Of a stretch of DNA of 23,455 bases, positions 8,776 through 16,426 are shown one piece after another. Below the pieces are notes generated by a model that was not told the origin of the DNA, searched no databases, and saw nothing but the letters and a program-made list of their open reading frames with translations. The position numbers were made by a program, and so were the translations under genes. The stretch is from the IMG/VR virus record IMGVR_UViG_3300015609_000147; one strand, 5' to 3'. Each line of letters starts with the position of its first letter. The first letter of the stretch is position 1. This DNA comes from an uncultured virus (IMG/VR IMGVR_UViG_3300015609_000147). Its lineage: Duplodnaviria; Heunggongvirae; Uroviricota; Caudoviricetes.

Positions 8776-11272
8776 ACTCAAGCTGCAGGTACTGCTGGAC
8801 CTGGCCGACCGGGTTTCGGCCCCGCTCAAGCGCATAGGCGCGGGCGCCCGTGCGCTGAACACGGATGTGAGCAGCACCCAGGACGTGCTGCGCAAGCTCC
8901 AGCAGCAGCAGGCTGCCGTGGGCAAGGCCAACGCCATGCAGGCCAGCCTGCGCGAAACGCAGGCGAAACTGCAGGCCGCGCGCACGGCCAAGGCTGCGCT
9001 GGTGGCGGAAATGCTCAAGGGCGGCGAGGCGGCCAAGGCCGCAGGCGGGCAGTACCGCGCCGCTGGCGACGCAGTGCAAAAGCTCGCGGCCACCTATCAG
9101 CGGCAGATTGACCAGACCAAACGCCTGCGCGCCGGCCTGGCTGAAATGGGCATTACCAATGCGGCCCAGGCAGAAGGCAAGCTGCGCGAGGCCATCGACC
9201 GCACCACCAAGGCCCTGGAGCGTCAGCGCAAGGCGCAGGAGCTGACCAACAAGCACCGCGCCGCCGTGGACGCCAACAAGGCCGCCCGGGGCGATGCGCG
9301 TGGCGCACTGTTCGACGGCGCGGCCATGGCCGCATCCCTGGCCGCGCCATTGAAGATGGCCGTTGACTTCGAGTCGTCCATGGCCGATGTGGACAAGGTC
9401 ATGGACCTGGACAAAAGCGGCCTGGAGCGCATGTCCCAAAGCGCCATTGACCTGTCCAAGCGCCTGCCCATGGCGGCCAAGGACATCGCGCAAATCATGG
9501 CCCTCGGCGGCCAGTCTGGCCTGGACGAAAAGCAGCTGCTGGGCGGCGACGGACAGGTGGGCTTTGTGGAGCACGCCGTGAAGATGGGCACGGCCTTCGG
9601 CATGACGGCCGAAGAGTCTGGCGAGGCCATGGCCAAGATGAAATCTGCCTTCGGCATGTCCATCCCCGAAGTGGCCACGCTCACCGACAAAATCAACCTG
9701 CTGGGCAACACGGGGGCGGCCAACGAAAAGCAGATCCTTGGCATAGTCACGCGCGTGGGTCCGCTGGGCGGCGTGGCCGGCGTGGCGGCCGGGGGCATTG
9801 CGGCCCTGGGCTCCACCCTGGCCGGCATGGGCGTGCAGGAAGAGGTGGCATCCACCGGCATCCAGAATCTGATGCTCGCCCTGGTGGCCGGCGAAAGCGC
9901 CACAAAGAGCCAGCGCGAGGGCCTGCAGGCCCTGGGACTGGACGCCACCGAAGTGGCCAAGAGCATGCAGCAGGACGCCACGGCCACGATGATGAACGTG
10001 TTCGACAAGGTGCGCGGGCTGGAGAAATACCAGCAGGCCGCCGCCCTGCAAACGCTCTTCGGCAAGGAATCCATCAAGGCCATTGCGCCCCTGCTCAGCC
10101 AGCTGGACACGCTCAAAGAAAACTTCGAGAAGGTCACGGACGAAAGCAAATACGGCGGCGCCGTGAATGCGGAGTACGAAAAGCGCGCAGCGACCACGGC
10201 CAACCGCCTGAAACTGGCCAGCAACCAGGCGGCGGCCATGGGCATCTCCCTGGGCAACATCCTGCTGCCATCGCTCAATGACGGGCTCACCATGCTGACG
10301 CCCTGGATGGAGCGCATCTCCGCACTCACCCAGGCCTTTCCCGGTGTCACGCGCGCCGTGGTCCTGTTGGTGGCCGCCCTGGTGCTGGGCAAGGTGGTGG
10401 CCATTGCGGCGGGCTACGGATTCGCGCTGATCAAAGGCGCCCTGCTCACCGTGCGCGGCGTGCTGATTGCGGCGCGCATGGCCTGGATTCTGCAGACCGG
10501 CGCCATGGTGGCCAGCATGGTCATCAGCCGCACTGCCGCGCTGGCCAGCAAGGCATTTGCCGCAGCGCAGTGGCTGGTCAATGCCGCCCTGGCGGCCAAC
10601 CCCATTGGCATCGTCATCCTGGCCCTGGTGGCCCTGGCCGCTGCGGCCTACCTCATCGTCACGCGCTGGGAAGAGATCAAGGCCGGCGCCCTGGCGCTGT
10701 GGGAAAGCCTCAAGGGCATGGCCGGCAACTTTGTGCAGATCGGCGGCCAGATGATTGACGGCCTCATCAGCGGCGTGACCGCCAAGCTCACCGCGCTCAA
10801 GGACACCGTGGTGGGCGCCGCCACATCCGTGGGCCAATGGTTCAAGGAAACGCTGGGCATTGCCAGCCCCTCGCGCGTGTTCATGGAGTACGGCGGCTGG
10901 GTGTCCGAGGGCGCGGCCCTGGGCATCCAGAAGGGCCAGGGCCTGGCGGCAGCGGCTGCCGTGGGCCTGGCCGGCGTCACGGCCGCACCCATGGCCGCTG
11001 CCGGCACTGATGCGCTGGCCGCTGCCCAGGCCATGCCCATCACGGCGCCCGCGCCGCTGATGGCGCCCAGCGGCAGCGCCCTGGGGCGTGGCAATGCGGC
11101 CGGAGCGGGCGCGCCCATGGCGGCGGCCAGCGGCCCCATCACCATTACCATCAACGCCGCGCCAGGCATGGACCCCAAGGACATAGCCCGCGCCGTGGCG
11201 GCCGAGCTGGACAAGCGCGAGCGCGCCAACAAGTCCCGCGTGCTCAGCCAGCTCAGCGACACCGAGGGATAA
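8768..11272 (+). CDS. T: Tail tape measure protein (834 aa)
   Basis: Long Ala-rich helical protein; 'AVDFESSMADVDKV' core, hydrophobic segments, 'ANPIGIVI', 'LGIASPSRVF'; lies after E/E'. Confidence 0.93.
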   Translation: MDKLKLQVLLDLADRVSAPLKRIGAGARALNTDVSSTQDVLRKLQQQQAAVGKANAMQASLRETQAKLQAARTAKAALVAEMLKGGEAAKAAGGQYRAAGDAVQKLAATYQRQIDQTKRLRAGLAEMGITNAAQAEGKLREAIDRTTKALERQRKAQELTNKHRAAVDANKAARGDARGALFDGAAMAASLAAPLKMAVDFESSMADVDKVMDLDKSGLERMSQSAIDLSKRLPMAAKDIAQIMALGGQSGLDEKQLLGGDGQVGFVEHAVKMGTAFGMTAEESGEAMAKMKSAFGMSIPEVATLTDKINLLGNTGAANEKQILGIVTRVGPLGGVAGVAAGGIAALGSTLAGMGVQEEVASTGIQNLMLALVAGESATKSQREGLQALGLDATEVAKSMQQDATATMMNVFDKVRGLEKYQQAAALQTLFGKESIKAIAPLLSQLDTLKENFEKVTDESKYGGAVNAEYEKRAATTANRLKLASNQAAAMGISLGNILLPSLNDGLTMLTPWMERISALTQAFPGVTRAVVLLVAALVLGKVVAIAAGYGFALIKGALLTVRGVLIAARMAWILQTGAMVASMVISRTAALASKAFAAAQWLVNAALAANPIGIVILALVALAAAAYLIVTRWEEIKAGALALWESLKGMAGNFVQIGGQMIDGLISGVTAKLTALKDTVVGAATSVGQWFKETLGIASPSRVFMEYGGWVSEGAALGIQKGQGLAAAAAVGLAGVTAAPMAAAGTDALAAAQAMPITAPAPLMAPSGSALGRGNAAGAGAPMAAASGPITITINAAPGMDPKDIARAVAAELDKRERANKSRVLSQLSDTEG

Positions 11273-11284
11273 AGGAGCCCGCAC

Positions 11285-11749
11285 ATGCCAATGATGACCC
11301 TGGGCCAATTTGTGTTTGGCCTAGATACCGTGGCGTATCAGGAAATGCAGCGCGCCACCGACTGGCGCCACCCCAGCAACAGCCGCGTGGGCGCCCGGCC
11401 GGCGCGCCAGTACGTGGGCCAGGGTGATGACACCATCACGTTTACCGGACTGTTCGTTCCAGAATTCCGTGGCGGCCGCAAGACCCTGGACGAACTGCGC
11501 AAGATGGCCGACGCCGGCAGCGCATACGCCATGGTCAACGGGGCCGGGGACAACCTGGGCGCGTGGGTCATCCAGCGCCTGAGCGAAAACGGCAGCGTGT
11601 TCGTGAAGGAAGGCCTGCCCCGCCGCATCGACTTCACCGTGGAGCTGGCCCGCGTGGACGACTCCCAGGCCGACCCCAGCGGGGGCAGCGATGGCGGCAC
11701 GGGCGGCGGTGATTGGGACGATGGCGACTTCTGGGATTGGTGGATGTGA
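11285..11749 (+). CDS. U: Tail protein U (P2 gpU-like, 154 aa)
   Basis: AAGGAG RBS; 'MMTLGQFVFGLDTVAYQ...WRHPSNSRVGARPARQYVGQG.DTIT..G', 'PRRIDFTVEL.RVD'. Confidence 0.92.
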   Translation: MPMMTLGQFVFGLDTVAYQEMQRATDWRHPSNSRVGARPARQYVGQGDDTITFTGLFVPEFRGGRKTLDELRKMADAGSAYAMVNGAGDNLGAWVIQRLSENGSVFVKEGLPRRIDFTVELARVDDSQADPSGGSDGGTGGGDWDDGDFWDWWM

Positions 11750-12828
11750 TGGCAGCAACAGAAAACCAGGCCACGGGCGCCTACCAGCAGCCGGACTATC
11801 AGCTCACTATCAACGGCGTCAACATCACGCCCAAGGTGGGCAAACGCCTGATCGAATTGCGCCTGCGCGAAAGCCGCGGCGAAGAGGCGGACCAGCTGGA
11901 TCTGACCCTGGACGACGCGGACGGCCGCATGGCCATCCCGCCCAAGGGCGCCACCATCTCCATCCGTCTGGGCTGGCTGCACGAGGGATTGGTGGACAAG
12001 GGCAGCTTTGTGGTGGATGAGGTGGAGCACGGCGGCAGCCCCGACCGCATCAGCGTGCGCGCCCGCAGCGCGGACATGGCCAAGAGCCTGCGCGAGCGCG
12101 CCAGCCACAGCTGGAACGACTCCACCGTGGGCGCCGTGGTCCAAGACATTGCCGCGCGCAACAGCCTGCCGGCGCGCATCGCCCCTGAGCTGGCCGAGCG
12201 CAAGGTGCAGCACATAGACCAGACCAACGAATCGGACCTGCATTTTCTGTCCCGCCTGGCGCGCCAGCACGACGCCGTGGCCACGGTCAAAAAAGGGCAG
12301 CTGATCTTTCTGCGCACAAACAGCCGCACCAACGCCAGCGGCCAGCCCATCGCCCCTATGCACATCACGCGCGAAGCGGGCGACCAACACCGATGGCACA
12401 CCGCAGACCGCACCAACTACACCGGGGTGCGCGCCTATTGGACTGACGGCAAGCGCGCCCGCCGCAGGGGCGTGCTGGCGGGCACCAAGACGGGCAGCGT
12501 CAAGACGCTGAAAGACACCTTCGCCAGCGCCGAGGCCGCGCGCCAGGCCGCGCAATCGGAGATGCAGCGCGTGGACCGTGGCGCCGCCACCCTGAGCCTG
12601 GCCCTGGCCCTGGGCCGGCCCCACCTCATGCCGCAGGCGGCCGTGACCGTGGAGGGCTTCAAACCCGAGATTGACGGCGAGGGCTGGCTGGTCAAGTCCG
12701 TGGAGCACGCCCTGGGTGATGGGGGATTCACCACGCAGATCGAGCTGGAGCGCCAGGGCGGTGGCGACGCGCAGGCCCAGGATGATGCGGATGATGCGGC
12801 GACGGAAGTACCCGACGACGACAATTAA
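11749..12828 (+). CDS. D: Late control/baseplate hub protein D (P2 gpD-like, 359 aa)
   Basis: TGATG overlap with U; 'RGEEADQLDLTLDDADG', 'LVDKGSFVVDEVEHGGSPD', 'HIDQTNESD..FL.RLA', 'GFKPEIDG'. Confidence 0.92.
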   Translation: MAATENQATGAYQQPDYQLTINGVNITPKVGKRLIELRLRESRGEEADQLDLTLDDADGRMAIPPKGATISIRLGWLHEGLVDKGSFVVDEVEHGGSPDRISVRARSADMAKSLRERASHSWNDSTVGAVVQDIAARNSLPARIAPELAERKVQHIDQTNESDLHFLSRLARQHDAVATVKKGQLIFLRTNSRTNASGQPIAPMHITREAGDQHRWHTADRTNYTGVRAYWTDGKRARRRGVLAGTKTGSVKTLKDTFASAEAARQAAQSEMQRVDRGAATLSLALALGRPHLMPQAAVTVEGFKPEIDGEGWLVKSVEHALGDGGFTTQIELERQGGGDAQAQDDADDAATEVPDDDN

Positions 12829-12879
12829 CGTACATACAAAAAAGCCTTGACCCGGGAATTATCGTAAGTACAATAATTC
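12823..12879 (+). promoter_or_regulatory. Sigma70-type promoter of brnTA with two operator-like repeats
   Basis: TTGACC (12847-12852)-16 nt-TACAAT (12869-12874). CGTA-nn-TACA at 12829-12838 and 12863-12872. Dyad GAATTAT...ATAATTC 12856-12879. Confidence 0.7.
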
Positions 12880-12881
12880 AC

Positions 12882-13148
12882 ATGGACATCGAATTCGACC
12901 CCGACAAGAACCAGGCCAACATCGACAAGCACGGCGTTTCGCTGGAGATGGCGGGCCACATCGAATGGAGCAATGTCCTGTGCATGCCGGATGCGCGCCG
13001 GGACTACGGCGAAGTACGTGAAATCGGCTTCACCGTCATCGGCCAACGGCTGTACGTTGTGGTGTTCGTGCAGCGCGGGCAGACCATGCGAATCGTCAGT
13101 CTCCGCAAGGCAAACTCCAGAGAGGTCAAGGCTTATGAAGCAATCTAA
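12882..13148 (+). CDS. brnT: BrnT-family (DUF497) RNase toxin, type II TA (88 aa)
   Basis: 'IEFDPDKNQANIDKHGVSL', 'D.RRDYGEVR.IG', 'LYVVVFVQRG..MRIVSLRKANSREVKAY'. Confidence 0.92.
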   Translation: MDIEFDPDKNQANIDKHGVSLEMAGHIEWSNVLCMPDARRDYGEVREIGFTVIGQRLYVVVFVQRGQTMRIVSLRKANSREVKAYEAI

Positions 13149-13425
13149 GAAAGTGGGGCTGATCCAGCCCACGGCGGCCGAAGATGCCGCCATTGCCCGG
13201 GGCATCGAACAAGACCCGGACACCATGGAAATCACGGGCGACATGCTCGCCGAAATGCAACCGCTGGCCCGGCGTGGGCGCCCCCCGCTGGAGCAGCCCA
13301 AGCTGTCCATGACCATGCGTGTGGATGCAGACGTTCTGATGGCAATCAAGGCCACCGGGTCGGGCTGGCAGTCGCGCGTCAATGATGTGCTGCGCGAAGC
13401 CGTGCGACGCGGCAAATTGGCCTGA
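13135..13425 (+). CDS. brnA: BrnA-family antitoxin (96 aa)
   Basis: Overlaps the brnT 3' end; GAGG RBS; 'RRGRPPLEQPK...TMRVDADVL...KATGSGWQSRVNDVLRE' RHH signature. Confidence 0.9.
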   Translation: MKQSKKVGLIQPTAAEDAAIARGIEQDPDTMEITGDMLAEMQPLARRGRPPLEQPKLSMTMRVDADVLMAIKATGSGWQSRVNDVLREAVRRGKLA

Positions 13426-13447
13426 GCACAATCAACGGGAGAATCAA

Positions 13448-13837
13448 ATGCAGCTCATCGTTACTGAGAAAGATCACCGGGGACTGCCCTACAGGGTGCA
13501 GTCAGAAAACGGGCGCTATACCTGGTTTACCGGCGCAGACAGCTACCTGCACGACACCGTGGCGCAACGCGACATCTATCAAATGGCCTATTTCGCAAGG
13601 CAGGGCTTTGGCGGCGAAGCATTGCCGGCCGAGGTTGAGGCCGATGTGCATGCGTTCTGGGCTGCACTGAGGGAAATAGAGGCTGCAGCCCAGGCTGCGG
13701 ACCAGGCCAGGGAGATTGCCGAGATTGCAGCGCTGCCTCGGGAGAGCGAGGCTGAATTTGCGGACCGGATGCACAAGGCGCGCGAATTCGACCAACGGCA
13801 CAACGAAGGCGGCGAGGGCTTTAACCCCTACCGATAG
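13448..13837 (+). CDS. Hypothetical protein (129 aa) ending in 'FDQRHNEGGEGFNPYR'
   Basis: GGGAGA RBS 13437-13442; ATG is 22 nt after the brnA stop. Confidence 0.7.
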   Translation: MQLIVTEKDHRGLPYRVQSENGRYTWFTGADSYLHDTVAQRDIYQMAYFARQGFGGEALPAEVEADVHAFWAALREIEAAAQAADQAREIAEIAALPRESEAEFADRMHKAREFDQRHNEGGEGFNPYR

Positions 13838-13917
13838 CGTTGCAACGCATCAGCCCGGCATGGCGCCGGGCACCAACCGGCCGGGCGGGTTCCCGGATGC
13901 TTGATAGGAGCAATCGC

Positions 13918-14238
13918 ATGTCCACATGCACCACTCTCACGCGCGCCGACCTGGTACGCCCCCTGGCCCACATCTTCACGCAGGCCCGCGAAGCACAAGA
14001 CGGCCAAGGCTGGCCGCACCTTTTCTACAGAGACCAGCACGACACTTTTGAAATGCGGCTGACGCCCAGCAATGGCCACGGCATGGGCACGCAATACTCG
14101 CTCAGCTGCTTTCTGAACGGCCGGCCCGCCCGGCAACTCAATTCCCAGCTGTTCGCCTGGGACACGCCTATCGGCAGGGTCATGATGATGGCGGCCGGCG
14201 CATCGCCGCTGCTTGAAATCGAGGAATTCTTTTCATGA
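13918..14238 (+). CDS. Hypothetical protein (106 aa), translationally coupled to the recombinase
   Basis: AGGAG RBS 13906-13910; ATGA overlap at 14235-14238. Confidence 0.7.
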   Translation: MSTCTTLTRADLVRPLAHIFTQAREAQDGQGWPHLFYRDQHDTFEMRLTPSNGHGMGTQYSLSCFLNGRPARQLNSQLFAWDTPIGRVMMMAAGASPLLEIEEFFS

Positions 14239-15110
14239 GCGCGCCCCGCATTGCCCATCTGTTGCAGGTGTACGAGCGGGACCGCGTGGCGGTGGTGGTG
14301 CAGCCCCAGCGCATCCGTGACACCGTGGCGCACCTGCTGCCCTTCTTCGGGCAGCTCACGGTGGCAGAGATCACCCGCAGCGCCGTGCTGGAGTACACGC
14401 AAAAGCGCCAGGCCACAGGCCTGCAATCCCCAACCGTTCGCCGTGAGCTGGTGTCCCTGCGCGCAGCACTGCGGATGGCCTGGCGTGACGGCCTGATTGA
14501 TCGTGTGCCCCCGCTGCCCATGCCGGCGCACAGCAACCGCCGTGAGCGAGTTCTCTCCCGGGATGAGGTCCGTGCCCTGCTTGCGGCAACCGCACCCAGG
14601 CCCCGCCTGCATGCGTTCCTTCGGTTGCTCATCGCCACCTGCGGGCGCGTATCTGCTGTGTGCGAACTGACGTGGGCCGCCGTGGATCTGCACGAGCGCG
14701 TCATTGATCTGCGCTCCCGTCACCCCTTGGCGCAACGCATGAAGCGCCGCGCTGTAGTCCCCATCACCAGCGAGCTGGCCGCTTACTTGGCCGCCTATCG
14801 TGACGCGCCAGAGGTGCACCGAGGACGCGGCCGGCGTCCAGTGCCGGGCGCCCGCGTGGTCGGGTTGTCCGTGTCATCTGCTCGCCAGCAGCTCAAGACC
14901 GCTGCCCTGCAGGCGGGCGTGCAGGGAGTCACGCCGCATGTCATCCGGCACAGCGTGGCCACGCACATGCTTGCCGAAGGGGTGGAGCTGACCATGGTTT
15001 CCAAAATGCTTGGGCATGCATCCGTGGCCATCACGGCGGACGTGTACGGCCACCTCAAGCCCGCCCAGCTGGCCCCCGCTGCCGAAGTGTTGGGCAGGTG
15101 GGCCGGATAA
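14235..15110 (+). CDS. Tyrosine recombinase/integrase-family protein (291 aa), core-binding plus catalytic domains
   Basis: Catalytic set R (TCGRVSA), HxxR (PHVIRHS), H (MLGH) and Y (DVYGH); core-binding 'SPTVRRELVSLRAALRMA'. Confidence 0.9.
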   Translation: MSAPRIAHLLQVYERDRVAVVVQPQRIRDTVAHLLPFFGQLTVAEITRSAVLEYTQKRQATGLQSPTVRRELVSLRAALRMAWRDGLIDRVPPLPMPAHSNRRERVLSRDEVRALLAATAPRPRLHAFLRLLIATCGRVSAVCELTWAAVDLHERVIDLRSRHPLAQRMKRRAVVPITSELAAYLAAYRDAPEVHRGRGRRPVPGARVVGLSVSSARQQLKTAALQAGVQGVTPHVIRHSVATHMLAEGVELTMVSKMLGHASVAITADVYGHLKPAQLAPAAEVLGRWAG

Positions 15111-15119
15111 ACTCCATGC

Positions 15120-15365
15120 ATGTACCGCGTCTATGTGATCAAGCAGCGCGCCGGGGGCAGCGAAGTGCTGCCCGCCACGCGCACCCAAACCCCTGTTTTT
15201 GCTGCTGCGGCGGCAGCATTCGGTGCCTTGCAAGAGCAGGAATTTGATGCGGCGCACCTGCTGCTGATGACGCTGGACAATCGCCAGCTCAATGCCTACC
15301 GCTACGGGTCAAGGCCCGGCGAACGCGACTACCTGGCACCTGGTGCAATCCTGCGCCAACGCTAG
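15120..15365 (+). CDS. Hypothetical protein (81 aa)
   Basis: Starts 9 nt after the recombinase stop on the same strand; plausible globular sequence; weak RBS. Confidence 0.6.
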   Translation: MYRVYVIKQRAGGSEVLPATRTQTPVFAAAAAAFGALQEQEFDAAHLLLMTLDNRQLNAYRYGSRPGERDYLAPGAILRQR

Positions 15366-15408
15366 GCGGCGGCCTCTCTCGCCGCTGCATACACCGATGG
15401 AACAAACC

Positions 15409-15618
15409 ATGTACGACGCAACCAGACGGATCGGCCAGCATCAGGCGGAAGCCTTTGAGGAGATGCGTGTGAGGCTGCAACTTGCCAGGCCAGACGTGGA
15501 CTGGGAAGCATTGCTCTCAGACGCTGAGCGCAAGGCGCGCGGTAGCCTTGATGTGTCATTCCTTGAATTGGTCAAGGCAACGGTGAACCTGGCGCTTTGC
15601 GAACCTGCAAAGCCGTAA
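15409..15618 (+). CDS. Hypothetical helical protein (~69 aa; alternative start 15397)
   Basis: Fills the gap before the terminator; GGA upstream of ATG 15409. Confidence 0.5.
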   Translation: MYDATRRIGQHQAEAFEEMRVRLQLARPDVDWEALLSDAERKARGSLDVSFLELVKATVNLALCEPAKP

Positions 15619-15624
15619 GCGCCC

Positions 15625-15657
15625 AAAACAAAGCCCGCACGCAGCGGGCTTTTTTGT
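15625..15657. terminator. Bidirectional rho-independent terminator between convergent operons
   Basis: AAAACAAAGCCCGC-ACGCA-GCGGGCTTTTTTGT: 9-bp stem with an A-tract on the left and a T-tract on the right. Confidence 0.85.
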
Positions 15658-15668
15658 GGGCGGCTCGG

Positions 15669-16364
15669 CTACTCAGCAGGGCTGTACGTCACCATCACGC
15701 CGACACCTTGCATTGCCCTGGCGGATATCTGAACTCCGCCGATAGTCTCGCGCACCAAGTCGCCGCCTGAGCCGTCCATTGCTTTCTTGACTGCGCTCAT
15801 CAAGGCTGCGGAAACATCGTCACGGCTGGCATTTTTCGTGAGCGCGTTGGCAATCATGTGGAGGCTGGCGAAGGCCTTGATGGACTTTTCCTGATCGCCG
15901 CCCGTCAAGGTGGCCATGACGGACTCCATGTTGCCGCTTTGCTTGTCCACCGTGCCGACAACGGGAGTTTCTCCGGGTGCTATGTGCGTCCACGTGTCCT
16001 TTTTGCTGCCCTGAGTAAGGGCCAGCGGCTGCTGAATCAGCCACTCCTTGCCGACCTCCTTGGCCACTGCGTTGAAACGTGTGCGGAATTCTTGGGAGTC
16101 AAAGCCAAAATTCGGGCGAACCTCTGCAGTGGGTGGGGTGCTGCTGGCGGCAGTCGCGGGTGCCGGCGCTGCAGCCTCTGTGCTCTTTGGGGTGCTGCTG
16201 TCGCTGCAGGCAACGACGACAGCAACAACGATTGCAGCCAGTGCTGCCACACCGAGGACTGTTTGCTTTGTGGAAACTGCGGGGTTTGTAACGCCGCAAT
16301 GTGGGCATGTCTTTGCGGTACGTTCAACCTCTTTTTTGCATTGCTTGCAAGGCATCATTGCCAT
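15669..16364 (-). CDS. Zinc-ribbon, single-TM membrane protein (231 aa)
   Basis: 'CKQC...CPHCG' zinc ribbon, hydrophobic 'VLGVAALAAIVVAVVVAC', Ser/Thr/Pro/Ala linker, globular C-terminus; AGAGGG RBS. Confidence 0.8.
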   Translation of the reverse strand: MAMMPCKQCKKEVERTAKTCPHCGVTNPAVSTKQTVLGVAALAAIVVAVVVACSDSSTPKSTEAAAPAPATAASSTPPTAEVRPNFGFDSQEFRTRFNAVAKEVGKEWLIQQPLALTQGSKKDTWTHIAPGETPVVGTVDKQSGNMESVMATLTGGDQEKSIKAFASLHMIANALTKNASRDDVSAALMSAVKKAMDGSGGDLVRETIGGVQISARAMQGVGVMVTYSPAE

Positions 16365-16426
16365 GGTTTTCCCTCTCTGTGAAAGTCGCGCTTGCTGCCG
16401 CGCGGGCGGCCGCGCGAATTGGTGAT

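Noticed and set aside
8384..11308. 974-aa minus-strand ORF
   Set aside because: Antisense shadow of E and the tape measure gene
12781..12798. GATGATGCG x2 tandem repeat near the end of D
   Set aside because: Short in-frame duplication in a low-complexity acidic tail
13112..15116. AAACTCCA direct repeat (in brnT and at the recombinase stop) as att cores
   Set aside because: Only 8 bp, and the left copy is inside an intact brnT; consistent with chance
15366..15385. GCGGCG/CGCCGC hairpin after the 81-aa ORF
   Set aside because: 6-bp GC stem with no U-tract; expected by chance at this GC content
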